Shown here: piece after piece, positions 47,849 to 58,269 of the stretch
Layout of the letters: each line of letters starts with the position of its first letter
Numbering within the stretch: position 1 is the stretch's first letter
From: Chromatiales bacterium
GTDB lineage: Bacteria > Pseudomonadota > Gammaproteobacteria > RBG-16-57-12
DNA: 64,000 nt
Direction of reading: 5' to 3'
Assembly (NCBI GenBank): GCA_026989455.1
Contig: JALSJH010000059.1
Location: 784 to 64,783 of the forward strand
Notes under the pieces: model-generated
Told to the model about the DNA's origin: nothing
Seen by the model: only the letters and a program-made list of their open reading frames with translations
Database searches by the model: none
Program-made: the position numbers and the translations under genes

Positions 47849-48211
47849 ATGAAACATTATGAAATCGTATTTCTGGTTCACCCGGATCAGAGCGAGCAGG
47901 TCTCTGCAATGATCGAGCGTTACCGTGGAATCATCGAGGCGGATGAAGGTAAAATTCATCGTCTAGAAGATTGGGGTCGCCGCCAGTTGGCCTATCCTAT
48001 TAACAAAATTCATAAGGCACACTATGTTCTGATGAATGTTGAGTGCTCAAAAAATGCATTGGATGAGTTGACCAGTATGTTCCGCTTTAATGACGCAGTG
48101 CTGCGTAATATGGTTGTCAGCATGAAGGGCCCAGTGGTTGAAGCTTCACCACAAGCACGTCGTGAAGAGAGTCAAGGGCGTACTGAAGAGACTAAAGCGG
48201 CTGCAGAATAG
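47849..48211 (+). CDS. rpsF: 30S ribosomal protein S6
   Basis: [19 protein letters not shown]-terminus with an acidic C-terminal tail. The track ORF's 5' extension from 47768 is read-through. A TTGCAT-N17-TAGAAT promoter and a leader hairpin lie upstream. Confidence 0.9.
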   Translation: MKHYEIVFLVHPDQSEQVSAMIERYRGIIEADEGKIHRLEDWGRRQLAYPINKIHKAHYVLMNVECSKNALDELTSMFRFNDAVLRNMVVSMKGPVVEASPQARREESQGRTEETKAAAE

Positions 48212-48251
48212 GCACCGTTTGTTATTTGAATTGTAAAGATAGGATATAGAG

Positions 48252-48482
48252 ATGGCTCGTTATTTTCGTCGTAGAAAGTTCTGCCGCTTCACGGCAGAGG
48301 GTGTTACAGAAATCGATTACAAAGATCTCGCTACCCTGAAAAATTATGTTACTGAAACCGGTAAAATTGTACCTAGTCGTATTACAGGCACAAAAGCGCG
48401 CTATCAGCGTCAGCTCTCTACCGCTATCAAACGTGCTCGTTTTCTTGCGCTATTGCCTTACTGTGATGCGCACGAAAACTAA
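48252..48482 (+). CDS. rpsR: 30S ribosomal protein S18
   Basis: [26 protein letters not shown] is a canonical S18 N-terminus. Confidence 0.9.
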   Translation: MARYFRRRKFCRFTAEGVTEIDYKDLATLKNYVTETGKIVPSRITGTKARYQRQLSTAIKRARFLALLPYCDAHEN

Positions 48483-48518
48483 GCCGTTTATGCACAAAGT
48501 ATAAGGTAGGTATAGGTT

Positions 48519-49457
48519 ATGCGGTCTTTGGCATCATTTATTATGCGTGGCCGCATGCAGGCAGTTCTGATTACAATACTGTTTGCTGGACTGTCGTTGC
48601 CGCTCGCGCCCTTTATCTACCTAAGTGGCGGTGCGGTGGCGTTAGTGACACTGCGCTTGGGTGCGGTGAGTGGTTTTTCGGTCGTTCTCATGTCCGGTGC
48701 AGTGATTTCACTGTTAGCGATGATTGCCATGGGGAGTCTGCTTCCCGGCATCGTATTCATGGCTATGATTTGGCTGCCCGTTTGGGCGCTATCAGTACAG
48801 TTGCGGCAGAGCGGCTCACTCAATTACGTGATCGCCATTACGTGTGGGATCGGGTTGTTATTGACTCTAGTGGCCCACTTGCTACTGGGCGATCCGGTGG
48901 TTTGGTGGCAGCAGGTATTGGAGCCGCTCTTGGCAACCATGGGTGACGCGGCTGGTGGTGTCGAAATGGCCGCTTTTACCGAGCAGTTGTCTCGGTTGAT
49001 GACGGCGATTGTTGTGGTTGCCTTGACGCTGAATATACTATTTGGCCTTTTTATTGGGCGATGGTGGCAGTCGCAGCTCTATAATCCGGGTGGGTTTCAG
49101 CTGGAGTTTCATCAGCTGCGTCTACCAAAAGCACTCGCATGGGTAACCCTTGTGGTGATGTTAGTATCTATGTTTGCCCAACAGGGCGCAGGGATGCTGG
49201 CCGGCAATCTGATGATTGTTTTGGTCTTTTTCTACCTCCTGCAGGGGGTGGCGATTATCCATGGTGTGGTTGCTGAACGAAAAATGAGTGTGGGCTGGTT
49301 GATCGGCCTCTATTTTTTGATGGTGTTTGCACTGCCACAAGTGGCAGCACTGTTGATGCTGCTGGGGCTTGGCGATACATGGCTTGATATACGCCGGCGC
49401 CTCTCCCGCCCCGAGAAAGATCAGCAAAAGAGTGATGATCAGGACAGCGTTGATTGA
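48519..49457 (+). CDS. Polytopic inner-membrane protein (DUF2232-like) between rpsR and rplI
   Basis: About eight TM helices. It replaces priB, which is absent here, as in Pseudomonas-type gammaproteobacteria. Confidence 0.6.
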   Translation: MRSLASFIMRGRMQAVLITILFAGLSLPLAPFIYLSGGAVALVTLRLGAVSGFSVVLMSGAVISLLAMIAMGSLLPGIVFMAMIWLPVWALSVQLRQSGSLNYVIAITCGIGLLLTLVAHLLLGDPVVWWQQVLEPLLATMGDAAGGVEMAAFTEQLSRLMTAIVVVALTLNILFGLFIGRWWQSQLYNPGGFQLEFHQLRLPKALAWVTLVVMLVSMFAQQGAGMLAGNLMIVLVFFYLLQGVAIIHGVVAERKMSVGWLIGLYFLMVFALPQVAALLMLLGLGDTWLDIRRRLSRPEKDQQKSDDQDSVD

Positions 49458-49487
49458 ATTTAATGATTAAACAAGAGGTGTATTGGG

Positions 49488-49937
49488 ATGGATGTGATTC
49501 TTCTCGAGAAAGTTCGTAACCTGGGAAGCCTGGGTGATAAAGTTTCTGTAAAATCGGGCTATGGCCGTAATTTTTTGATTCCACAAAGTAAGGCAGTGCC
49601 GGCAACAGCATCAAACATTGCCTCTTTTGAAGCGCGTCGTGCTGAGCTTGAAAAGGAAGCATCTGAGCTGCTGGTAGCCGCTCAAGTGCGTGCGGAAAAG
49701 CTGGAAGGATTGGCTGCGGTGACCATCGTGGGTAATGCAGGTGATGAAGGTAAACTGTTTGGCTCTATCGGCACAGCTGATATTGCAGCAGCGGTAACAG
49801 CGGCGGGTGTTGAGCTTAGCAAAGCCGAAGTGCGTATGCCTGAAGGGGCTATTCGTGCGGTAGGCGAATACAGCGTTACAGTTCACCTGCACGTTGATGT
49901 TGATAGCCAAGTGAGTGTCAGCGTAACGGCTGAGTAA
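49488..49937 (+). CDS. rplI: 50S ribosomal protein L9
   Basis: [33 protein letters not shown] is a canonical L9. Confidence 0.9.
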   Translation: MDVILLEKVRNLGSLGDKVSVKSGYGRNFLIPQSKAVPATASNIASFEARRAELEKEASELLVAAQVRAEKLEGLAAVTIVGNAGDEGKLFGSIGTADIAAAVTAAGVELSKAEVRMPEGAIRAVGEYSVTVHLHVDVDSQVSVSVTAE

Positions 49938-49952
49938 CACAGCGGCAAAAGA

Positions 49953-49987
49953 GGGCGGGTACTCGACACGGGTGCCCGCCTTTTTTC
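49953..49987 (+). terminator. Rho-independent terminator after rplI
   Basis: GGGCGGGTACTCGACACGGGTGCCCGCC followed by TTTTTT. Confidence 0.6.
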
Positions 49988-50081
49988 GTTGTGCTATCTG
50001 TGCCCTGTAGGAGTGCAGATGCTGCATGCCCTTCTATTATGATAACCTCCCTGCTAACTCTCTATTCTGAATAAAGCGATT

Positions 50082-51482
50082 ATGTCCCCAAAAACAAACT
50101 CGGGTAATCCGGTCGATGAGTCGACAGCCTCCTTAAAGATTCCACCGCACTCAATTGAAGCGGAGCAGTCGGTACTCGGCGGCCTTATGCTAGATAATAA
50201 CGCCTGGGATCAGGTGCTTGACCTAGTCGCCGAGGAGGACTTTTATCGTCATGATCATCGGATGATTTTTGCGGCAATTGCCGTTCTCGCAGGACGAAAC
50301 GATCCGTGTGATGTAATCACACTCTCTGAACAGCTGGATAAAATGAAAGAGCTAGAGGGTGTTGGGGGGCTGAGTCAACTGGGGATGTTGGCAAAAAACA
50401 CCCCGAGTGCCGCCAATATTCGTGCCTATGCTGAAATAGTGCGCGAAAAATCAGTGCTGCGGCAGTTGATTGATGTGGGAACAACGATTGCCAATAGTGG
50501 CTATCAGCCCGATGGGCGCAATAGTAGTGAGCTGCTTGATCTTGCGGAGAGTCTGGTTTTCAAAATTGCCGAGCAGGGGTCGAAAAGTAAACAGGGCTTT
50601 CAGGATATTAACGAGCTGTTGGTCAAGGCGGTTGATAAAATTGACACGCTCTACAACAGTGACTCACCGATTACCGGTATCACCACCGGTTTTGTCGACT
50701 TTGATAAACAGACCTCGGGGATGCAGCCTTCCGATTTAATTATTGTTGCGGGTCGACCCTCCATGGGTAAAACAACTTTTTCAATGAATATTGCTGAAAA
50801 TGCAGCATTGAAAACCAAAAAACCAGTGGCTATTTTCAGCATGGAGATGCCAGGTGAGCAGTTGGTGATGCGGATGCTCTCCTCCTTTGGTCGTATTGAT
50901 CAGACTAGGCTGCGTAGTGGTAATCTCGAGGATGAAGATTGGCCGCGCCTTACCTCGGCTGTTTCACTGCTACAACAGACGCAGATTTTTATTGATGATA
51001 CCCCCAGCCTAAGCCCCAACGATCTGCGTGCACGCTCTCGTCGGTTGGTGCGTGAACATGGTGATCTGGCGCTGATCGTCATTGATTATTTACAGCTGAT
51101 GCAGGTGCCGGGGTCAAAAGAGAATCGTACCGCTGAAATATCTGAAATTTCACGCTCGTTGAAAGCGTTGGCCAAAGAGTTGAATGTGCCGGTTGTGGCG
51201 CTCTCTCAGCTCAATCGTAGCTTGGAGAGCCGCCCCAATAAACGTCCGATTAACTCTGATTTGCGTGAATCCGGGGCGATTGAGCAGGATGCAGATGTGA
51301 TTGTCTTTATCTATCGTGATGAGGTCTATAACGAAGATAGCCCAGATAAAGGCGTGGCGGAGATAATCATCGGCAAGCAGCGTAATGGGCCCATTGGCAC
51401 TACCCGCCTGACATTTTTGGGTAAATATACCAAGTTCGAAAACTACGCCGGCCCAGCTTATGATGAGGATGGACTGACGTGA
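50082..51482 (+). CDS. dnaB: Replicative DNA helicase DnaB
   Basis: Walker A GRPSMGKTTF and the other DnaB family motifs, 466 aa. Confidence 0.95.
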   Translation: MSPKTNSGNPVDESTASLKIPPHSIEAEQSVLGGLMLDNNAWDQVLDLVAEEDFYRHDHRMIFAAIAVLAGRNDPCDVITLSEQLDKMKELEGVGGLSQLGMLAKNTPSAANIRAYAEIVREKSVLRQLIDVGTTIANSGYQPDGRNSSELLDLAESLVFKIAEQGSKSKQGFQDINELLVKAVDKIDTLYNSDSPITGITTGFVDFDKQTSGMQPSDLIIVAGRPSMGKTTFSMNIAENAALKTKKPVAIFSMEMPGEQLVMRMLSSFGRIDQTRLRSGNLEDEDWPRLTSAVSLLQQTQIFIDDTPSLSPNDLRARSRRLVREHGDLALIVIDYLQLMQVPGSKENRTAEISEISRSLKALAKELNVPVVALSQLNRSLESRPNKRPINSDLRESGAIEQDADVIVFIYRDEVYNEDSPDKGVAEIIIGKQRNGPIGTTRLTFLGKYTKFENYAGPAYDEDGLT

Positions 51483-52576
51483 TGCAACGAGCCTGGGCTA
51501 GCATCGATCTGGTCGCGCTACAGCGTAATCTATCGATTGCAAAACAGGCCGCGCCACAAAGTAAACTGTTGGCAGTAATCAAGGCGGACGGCTATGGTCA
51601 TGGTCTCTGCCAAGTCGCCGAGGCGTTGCAAGCTGCCGATGGTTTTGGTGTGGCTTGCCTACAAGAGGCGATCAAGCTGCGCGAGGCGGGTATTCAAAAA
51701 ACGATTTTACTGCTGGAAGGGGTTTTCAGCCCTGAAGAGCTTAAATGGGTAGAGCGCTATAAATTATCGATGGTTGTTCATCAGGTTCAGCAGCTCGAGT
51801 GGCTAGAGCAGTTAGCTGATAGCCGTGATTGCTTGATCTCTACCTGGTTGAAGCTTGACACAGGGATGCACCGCTTGGGTTTTTCTGCCGCTCAGTTTGT
51901 TGAGGCCGAAGCGCGTCTGAAAAGTTGCGCAGCGGTTGATGGTGATATTACCGTGATGAGCCATTTTGCAAATGCGGATTTGCCGACTCACCCTGCTAAT
52001 CAGCAGCAACTCTCTCTGTTGAATGCGTTATCGAAAACATCACCAAAAAGCATGGCAAACTCCGCAGCACTGCTTGCGCTGCCGCAGAGCCATTTTGACT
52101 GGGTGCGTCCGGGTATCATGCTTTTTGGCTGCTCCCCGTTTGCCGAGTGGCCAGCTGAAGGGTGTGAGCTGCACCCTGTGATGACGTTAAAGGCGAGGCT
52201 GTTTGAGATAAAGTCGCTTAAAAAGGGTGATGCTATCGGCTATGGTGGTGGCTGGGTCTCTCCTGAGGATATGAAGGTGGGCGTGGTCTCAATCGGCTAC
52301 GGTGATGGTTACCCGCGTCATGCTGCCAATGGCACGCCGGTCTGGATTAATGGCTATGAGTGCTCACTGGCGGGGCGAGTCTCTATGGATATGATCTGTG
52401 TGGATCTGCGTAACTATCCCGACGCCCAATGTGGTGATGAAGCTGTTTTATGGGGTGCTGGGCTTGCCATAGAGCGCGTTGCCGCAGCGGCAGGAACAAT
52501 TGGCTATGAGTTGCTGTGCGGGATTACCCCACGGGTTAAATTGGAATATTTGCGGGTGAGCGATGGCCAAGGTTAA
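51479..52576 (+). CDS. alr: Alanine racemase
   Basis: PLP-lysine motif AVIKADGYGHG, 365 aa. The ATGA overlap with the dnaB stop matches the dnaB-alr arrangement in E. coli. Confidence 0.9.
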   Translation: MMQRAWASIDLVALQRNLSIAKQAAPQSKLLAVIKADGYGHGLCQVAEALQAADGFGVACLQEAIKLREAGIQKTILLLEGVFSPEELKWVERYKLSMVVHQVQQLEWLEQLADSRDCLISTWLKLDTGMHRLGFSAAQFVEAEARLKSCAAVDGDITVMSHFANADLPTHPANQQQLSLLNALSKTSPKSMANSAALLALPQSHFDWVRPGIMLFGCSPFAEWPAEGCELHPVMTLKARLFEIKSLKKGDAIGYGGGWVSPEDMKVGVVSIGYGDGYPRHAANGTPVWINGYECSLAGRVSMDMICVDLRNYPDAQCGDEAVLWGAGLAIERVAAAAGTIGYELLCGITPRVKLEYLRVSDGQG

Positions 52577-53930
52577 AACAGTTTTTGCCTGTACCGAGTG
52601 CGGTGCTCAGGCAGGTAAGTGGGCGGGTCAATGTGCCGACTGTGGGGTTTGGAACTCACTGGTTGAGCAGAAGCTGGAGTCGGCATCGCCGGCCAATGTT
52701 CACCCCCGTTTTGCAGGTTATAGTGGTGGGGTTCGTGCACAGATACAGATGCTCTCCGATGTGGAACGCCGCACCGATCTGAAAACACGCACGGGCATTA
52801 ATGAGCTGGATCGAGTATTGGGCGATGGCTTGGTGCATGGTGCGGTTGTGATGCTGGGCGGTGACCCCGGTATCGGTAAGTCTACTCTATTACTACAAGC
52901 GATCGCCGCGTTGAGTGACCGGCTACCTTGCCTCTATATTACTGGTGAGGAGTCACTGTATCAGGTGAGTGCGCGTGCTCAGCGGCTCGGCCTGCAACTG
53001 GATCGCCTTCAGTTACTGGCAGAGACCTGTGTTGAGCGTATCTTGGAAATTGCTCAACAAGCCAAACCTAAAGTGATGGTTATCGACTCCATTCAGACGG
53101 TTTATACCGAAGTGCTTCAGTCAGCACCCGGTGGGGTCTCTCAGTTGCGCGAAAGCGCGGCGATGCTGGTGCGTTATGCTAAACAGAGTGATACCGCGAT
53201 TTTTCTGGTTGGGCATGTCACAAAAGAGGGGACGCTGGCAGGGCCAAGAGTGTTAGAGCACATGGTCGACACGGTGCTCTATTTCGAAGGTGATGCCAGT
53301 AGCTCATTTCGTGCTATACGAGCCATTAAAAACCGCTTTGGTGCGGTAAACGAGCTAGGTATGTTTGCCATGACCGAAAAGGGGCTGCGCGCCGTTACCA
53401 ACCCCTCGGCGATGTTTCTTTCACGGCACCCCGAGCCAGTCCCGGGTAGTGTGGTGATGGTTACCCGCGAGGGAACTCGGCCGCTGCTGGTAGAGGTTCA
53501 GGCGCTGGTGGATGAGAGTCATCTAGCCAATCCGCGACGTGTCAGCATTGGCCTGGAACACAACCGTTTGGCGATGTTGCTGGCGGTACTGCATCGGCAT
53601 GGCGGTATACCCACCTTTGACCAGGATGTGTTTGTGAATGTGGTTGGTGGTGTTCGGGTCACCGAAACAGCGGCCGATCTGGCAGTGATTCTGGCGGTAC
53701 TCTCCAGTTTGCGTAATCGGCCACTGGATAATGGGACGATTGTGTTTGGTGAGGTTGGGCTATCCGGTGAAGTGCGACCGGTACAGAGTGGGCTTGATCG
53801 CTTGAAAGAGGCAGCAAAGCACGGTCTTAAACGTGCAATCATACCAAAAGAGAATGCCCCCAAAGGTGGAGTTGAGGGGTTAGAGGTTATAGCTGTCAGC
53901 CGATTGAGTGATGCCTTAGGCTATTTGTAG
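52563..53930 (+). CDS. radA: DNA repair protein RadA (Sms)
   Basis: N-terminal zinc finger CTECGAQAGKWAGQCADCGVWNS, Walker A GDPGIGKST, and a C-terminal Lon-protease-like domain. The start overlaps the alr end by 14 nt. Confidence 0.9.
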   Translation: MAKVKTVFACTECGAQAGKWAGQCADCGVWNSLVEQKLESASPANVHPRFAGYSGGVRAQIQMLSDVERRTDLKTRTGINELDRVLGDGLVHGAVVMLGGDPGIGKSTLLLQAIAALSDRLPCLYITGEESLYQVSARAQRLGLQLDRLQLLAETCVERILEIAQQAKPKVMVIDSIQTVYTEVLQSAPGGVSQLRESAAMLVRYAKQSDTAIFLVGHVTKEGTLAGPRVLEHMVDTVLYFEGDASSSFRAIRAIKNRFGAVNELGMFAMTEKGLRAVTNPSAMFLSRHPEPVPGSVVMVTREGTRPLLVEVQALVDESHLANPRRVSIGLEHNRLAMLLAVLHRHGGIPTFDQDVFVNVVGGVRVTETAADLAVILAVLSSLRNRPLDNGTIVFGEVGLSGEVRPVQSGLDRLKEAAKHGLKRAIIPKENAPKGGVEGLEVIAVSRLSDALGYL

Positions 53931-53940
53931 CCGCCAGAAC

Positions 53941-54315
53941 TTATTGATCTTTGCTCTCAATCAGGGCGGCAAGTTCACGATCGAGAATGCTCTCATCGCC
54001 TAAATTCAACTCAATTAAGCGGCGCAGGTGAGTGATGCTCTCCAAACCGATGTGCAGGCAGTTGAAGCCGATATGCTGATCATCCAGGTGTGTCACCTCA
54101 GCCTCCATTCTGATTGAGATAGTATTCTCACCCCCGTCAAGATCAAGCTCAATCAGGAACTTCTCTCCCAGTGCACCTTCCCAGTCGCGGGGTCGCTCCA
54201 GCAGTGCTCCCTTTAATGAAATATCGACAAGCGGACTGCTCCAGCTGCCCATAACATTGACCATGTTGGCCGTCGCCTCAAATGGTATGCGTGTAAAGCG
54301 TCTCTTCTCTATCAT
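53941..54315 (-). CDS. PilZ-domain protein (putative c-di-GMP receptor)
   Basis: 124 aa with RxxxR-like (RRFTRIP) and D/NxSxxG-like (DISLKG) PilZ signature segments. Confidence 0.65.
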   Translation of the reverse strand: MIEKRRFTRIPFEATANMVNVMGSWSSPLVDISLKGALLERPRDWEGALGEKFLIELDLDGGENTISIRMEAEVTHLDDQHIGFNCLHIGLESITHLRRLIELNLGDESILDRELAALIESKDQ

Positions 54316-54382
54316 ATTCTCCCCCGGGTAGGCTTAGTATTAAACTACTGCATTAAAAGCCGATGATGCAATCTTTTTCTGG

Positions 54383-55519
54383 CTACTTGGTGAGTAGTAG
54401 ATTCTTTAGGATACGTTGATATATCGAGCTAAGAAGGTCAAGGTCACTACTGCGTACACACTCGTTTACCTTGTGAATGGTTGCGTTGATCGGTCCTAAT
54501 TCCACCACTTGTGAGCCGGTTGGTGCAATAAAGCGCCCATCCGAGGTGCCGCCGGATGTGGAGAGTTCGGCACGGTAGCCGGTGACTGACTCAATGGCAT
54601 CACCTGTGGCCTCGACTAATGCGCCCGCCTTGGTTAGAAAGGCGAGCCCTGACAAATTCCACTCTATTTGATAATTGAGCTGATGGCGATCAAGCAGTGA
54701 CTCCACCTGTTGCTGGAGCTTTTGGTGAGTGGTTTCAGTTGAGTATCTGAAGTTGAAAATAACCTCGCACTCACCAGGGATCACATTGGTCGCCCCGGTG
54801 CCGCTGTTAATATTGGATATTTGAAAGGAGGTGGCAGGGAAAAATTCATTCCCATTGTCCCACTCAATGGCACAGAGTTCGGTGAGTGCGGGCATCGCCT
54901 TGTGTATCGGGTTTTCCGCCAGATGGGGGTAGGCAACATGCCCCTGAATCCCTTTGATCACTAGACGGCACCCCAGCGAGCCGCGCCGCCCATTTTTGAT
55001 AACATCGCCCAGTTTTGTGGTGCTTGACGGTTCACCCACCAAACAGTAATCCATCTTTATATTGTTTTTCTCAAGGTAGTCGACAACTTTGACCGTGCCA
55101 TTGATTGAGGGGCCCTCCTCATCACTGGTGATCAAGAAGCCAATGGTTCCAAGGTGATCAGGGTGCTGTGCTACAAATGCTTCACAGGCCGTTATCATCG
55201 CCGCAAGACTGCCTTTCATATCGGCTGCGCCACGTCCGTAGAGGTAGCCATCGCGCTCTGTCGCCTCAAAAGGCGGCGAGTCCCACTCACTTATGGGGCC
55301 TGTTGGCACCACATCAGTATGCCCTGCAAATGCAAATAGAGGCTTAGATTCGCCACGATGCGCCCAAAAATTATCGACTTCACCGAAGGGGAGCCGAGTG
55401 ATGGTAAAGCCAATCGCTTCAAGCCGCTCAATCATTAAATTATGACACCCCCCATCGGAAGGGGTAACCGAGGGTCGGTTGATCAACTGTTTGGCGAGGG
55501 TTAGGGTTGCTGAACTCAT
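54383..55519 (-). CDS. dapE: Succinyl-diaminopimelate desuccinylase
   Basis: M20 peptidase metal ligands (GHTDVVP, SDEEG, the [11 protein letters not shown] dimerisation domain), about 375 aa. Confidence 0.85.
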   Translation of the reverse strand: MSSATLTLAKQLINRPSVTPSDGGCHNLMIERLEAIGFTITRLPFGEVDNFWAHRGESKPLFAFAGHTDVVPTGPISEWDSPPFEATERDGYLYGRGAADMKGSLAAMITACEAFVAQHPDHLGTIGFLITSDEEGPSINGTVKVVDYLEKNNIKMDYCLVGEPSSTTKLGDVIKNGRRGSLGCRLVIKGIQGHVAYPHLAENPIHKAMPALTELCAIEWDNGNEFFPATSFQISNINSGTGATNVIPGECEVIFNFRYSTETTHQKLQQQVESLLDRHQLNYQIEWNLSGLAFLTKAGALVEATGDAIESVTGYRAELSTSGGTSDGRFIAPTGSQVVELGPINATIHKVNECVRSSDLDLLSSIYQRILKNLLLTK

Positions 55520-55738
55520 TGAATATCAATTCTTTATTGTTGTGATACGGTTGTGTTAATCATAGCAGAAAAGAGGGTTGGGGCGTTACTTGCTGAGCTG
55601 TTCAATACGACAATGATCCCAAGGGTGGGCTTTCGATAGGCTTAGTGTGTTAATTGCAGTATAATGTGACGACTTTTTAGTGTGTATTTAAAAGAACGGG
55701 CGTTGTCAGCGCTACCGTTCGGCATCCGAGGATGGAAA

Positions 55739-56254
55739 ATGACAAAACAATCAAGTTACTCCTACGAAGATTTGATTCGTTGTGGGCAAGGTGAAGTTTT
55801 TGGCCCTGGTAACGCACAACTGCCTGCACCGCCCATGCTGATGTTGGATCGCATTATGACGATCTCTGAGGAGGGTGGGGAGCACGGTAAAGGACAGATT
55901 ATTGCCGAGCTGGATATCAACCCCGATATGTGGTTTTTTGAGTGTCATTTTAATAATGATCCGGTGATGCCGGGTTGTTTAGGGCTGGATGCCATGTGGC
56001 AGTTAGTTGGTTTTTATCTGGGTTGGATGGGTGGGCCGGGTCGTGGTCGTGCCTTGGGATCCGGCGAGGTGAAGTTTACAGGCCAGGTAACCCCTGAGTG
56101 CAAAAAAGTCACTTATTATATTGATATCAAACGGTTAATTATGCGTCGATTGGTGATGGGTATTGCCGATGCTCGCATGGAGGTGGATGGTCGTGAGATT
56201 TACACCGCCAAAGATCTGCGAGTAGGTCTTTTTACCTCAACAGAAAATTTTTAG
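55739..56254 (+). CDS. fabA: 3-hydroxydecanoyl-ACP dehydratase/isomerase
   Basis: 171 aa with active-site region [24 protein letters not shown]. The ATG at 55739 has an AGGA RBS; the track ORF's extension from 55682 is read-through. Confidence 0.9.
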   Translation: MTKQSSYSYEDLIRCGQGEVFGPGNAQLPAPPMLMLDRIMTISEEGGEHGKGQIIAELDINPDMWFFECHFNNDPVMPGCLGLDAMWQLVGFYLGWMGGPGRGRALGSGEVKFTGQVTPECKKVTYYIDIKRLIMRRLVMGIADARMEVDGREIYTAKDLRVGLFTSTENF

Positions 56255-56257
56255 GGG

Positions 56258-57478
56258 GTGCTCTTGAAACGCGTCGTTATTACCGGTTTAGGCATTGTTT
56301 CCAGCATTGGCAACAATAGACAAGAAGTGGCCGACTCATTGCGACAAGGAAAGTCGGGCATTGAGTACGCCGCTGAATATGCAGAAAGAGGCTTTCGCTC
56401 TCATGTTTACGGCTCGATCAATATCGATATTGAAGCGCTGATTGAGCGAAAAATCCGCCGCTTTATGGGCACGGCAGCCGCCTACAACTATATCGCAATG
56501 CAGCAAGCGGTTGAGATGTCAGGTTTGACAGAAGCGCAGATATCCCACCCGCGTACTGGTCTAATCGTGGGGTCCGGTGGCGCATCCCATGCCAACTCCG
56601 TTGCCGCTGCAGACATTCTGCGTGAGCGTGGAATTCGCCGTGTTGGGCCTTACATGGTGCCAAAAACCATGGGTTCAACCACTTCGGCTAATTTGGCAAC
56701 TGCCTTTAAAATCAAAGGCATCAACTACTCAATCAGCTCAGCCTGTTCGACCAGCGCCCACTGTATTGGTAATGCTTGTGAGCAGATTCAAATGGGCAAA
56801 CAGGATGTTGTCTTTGCCGGTGGTGGTGAGGAGCTGAGCTGGGAAAGCTCCTTGATGTTTGATGCCATGGGCGCGCTCTCAAAAAAATATAACGAAACCC
56901 CTGGCAAGGCCTCCCGTGCTTACGATGCCCACCGCGATGGTTTTGTCATCTCCGGTGGTGGTGGTCTGGTGGTGTTGGAGTCATTGGAGCATGCCGAAGC
57001 GCGTGGTGCCAAAATCTATGCCGAGATCGTAGGCTATGGCGCAACATCCGATGGTTTTGATATGGTGCAGCCATCCGGAGAAGGCGCAGTGCGCTGTATG
57101 CAGCTGGCGATGTCGACGGTTGATGGGGAAATTGACTATATCAACGCCCACGGAACCAGTACCCCAGCGGGTGATGTGAAAGAGCTGGGTGCGATTCGTG
57201 AAGTGTTTGGTAATGATATGCCCAAAATCAACTCGACTAAATCACTCACCGGACACGCACTGGGAGCGGCGGGTGTGAATGAAGCGATCTATTCACTCAT
57301 TATGATGGAAGAGGGCTTTGTGGCTGCATCCGCCAATATTGACGAGCTTGATGAAGCCGCGCATGGGATGCCGATTGTGCGCGAACTTGAAGAGCTGCGT
57401 CTGGACAGAGTGATGAGTAACAGCTTTGGTTTTGGTGGTACTAACGCAACACTGGTGATGCAGCGTTACGCGGGGTAG
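56258..57478 (+). CDS. fabB: 3-oxoacyl-ACP synthase I
   Basis: 406 aa with active-site Cys ([10 protein letters not shown]) and the His/His elongating-KAS pattern. Immediately downstream of fabA. Confidence 0.9.
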   Translation: MLLKRVVITGLGIVSSIGNNRQEVADSLRQGKSGIEYAAEYAERGFRSHVYGSINIDIEALIERKIRRFMGTAAAYNYIAMQQAVEMSGLTEAQISHPRTGLIVGSGGASHANSVAAADILRERGIRRVGPYMVPKTMGSTTSANLATAFKIKGINYSISSACSTSAHCIGNACEQIQMGKQDVVFAGGGEELSWESSLMFDAMGALSKKYNETPGKASRAYDAHRDGFVISGGGGLVVLESLEHAEARGAKIYAEIVGYGATSDGFDMVQPSGEGAVRCMQLAMSTVDGEIDYINAHGTSTPAGDVKELGAIREVFGNDMPKINSTKSLTGHALGAAGVNEAIYSLIMMEEGFVAASANIDELDEAAHGMPIVRELEELRLDRVMSNSFGFGGTNATLVMQRYAG

Positions 57479-57493
57479 TATCCACCTCTATAT

Positions 57494-57523
57494 AAAGGGC
57501 GCTCTGTGGAGTGCCCTTTATTC
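57494..57523 (+). terminator. Rho-independent terminator after fabB
   Basis: AAAGGGCGCTCTGTGGAGTGCCCTTTATTCT. Confidence 0.55.
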
Positions 57524-57574
57524 TACACGCCGTTTCCCTTGCCATGAAAAACCTCACCTTATCTCGACCTTCCG

Positions 57575-58237
57575 ATGAATGACTTCTGTTACGCCCCTCC
57601 TGTAGATGATGGCCTGGATGTTATCTACCAGGATGAGCAGCTAATTGTTGTCAGCAAACCGAGCGGGCTGCTCTCCGTGCCGGGACGGGGAGCAGACAAA
57701 CAAGATTGTATGATCCACCGAGTTCAACGTAGTTTTGCAGATGCGTTGATCGTGCACCGTCTGGATATGTCGACATCCGGTATTCTACTTTTGGCGCGCA
57801 GTAAAGAGGTACATCGGCTGCTCAGTTACGCCTTCCAGGTGCGGCGAGTCGAAAAACAGTACACAGCGCTCGTTGCGGGCAGACCGGGTATTGAGAGTGG
57901 TGAAATTAATTGGCCACTTATTTGTGATTGGCCCAATCGCCCGCGACAGAAAGTTGACCATGAAGTGGGCAAACCCAGCTTAACCCGTTACCACTGCCTA
58001 TCCTATGATGAAATCTTAGACGCGACACGTGTTGCGCTGTCGCCCGTCACGGGGCGCTCTCATCAGCTGCGGGTGCACATGTTATCCCTAGGCCACCCAA
58101 TTCTGGGGGACTCCCTCTACGCCCCGCCTGATATTAAGATAAAAGCACCGCGCCTCCAACTACATGCCAACGAAATGGTTATTCAACACCCCACTTCGGG
58201 TGAATTACTGCGGCTCTATTCTGAACCGCCGTTTTAA
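57575..58237 (+). CDS. rluA: Pseudouridine synthase, RluA family
   Basis: Near-collinear with E. coli RluA. Catalytic HRLDMSTSG and the LICDWPNRPRQKV segment match the E. coli DLPLICDWPNRPKQKV segment. Confidence 0.8.
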   Translation: MNDFCYAPPVDDGLDVIYQDEQLIVVSKPSGLLSVPGRGADKQDCMIHRVQRSFADALIVHRLDMSTSGILLLARSKEVHRLLSYAFQVRRVEKQYTALVAGRPGIESGEINWPLICDWPNRPRQKVDHEVGKPSLTRYHCLSYDEILDATRVALSPVTGRSHQLRVHMLSLGHPILGDSLYAPPDIKIKAPRLQLHANEMVIQHPTSGELLRLYSEPPF

Positions 58238-58269
58238 TGGGTCAAGATAATAAATTGTGATAATGTGAA

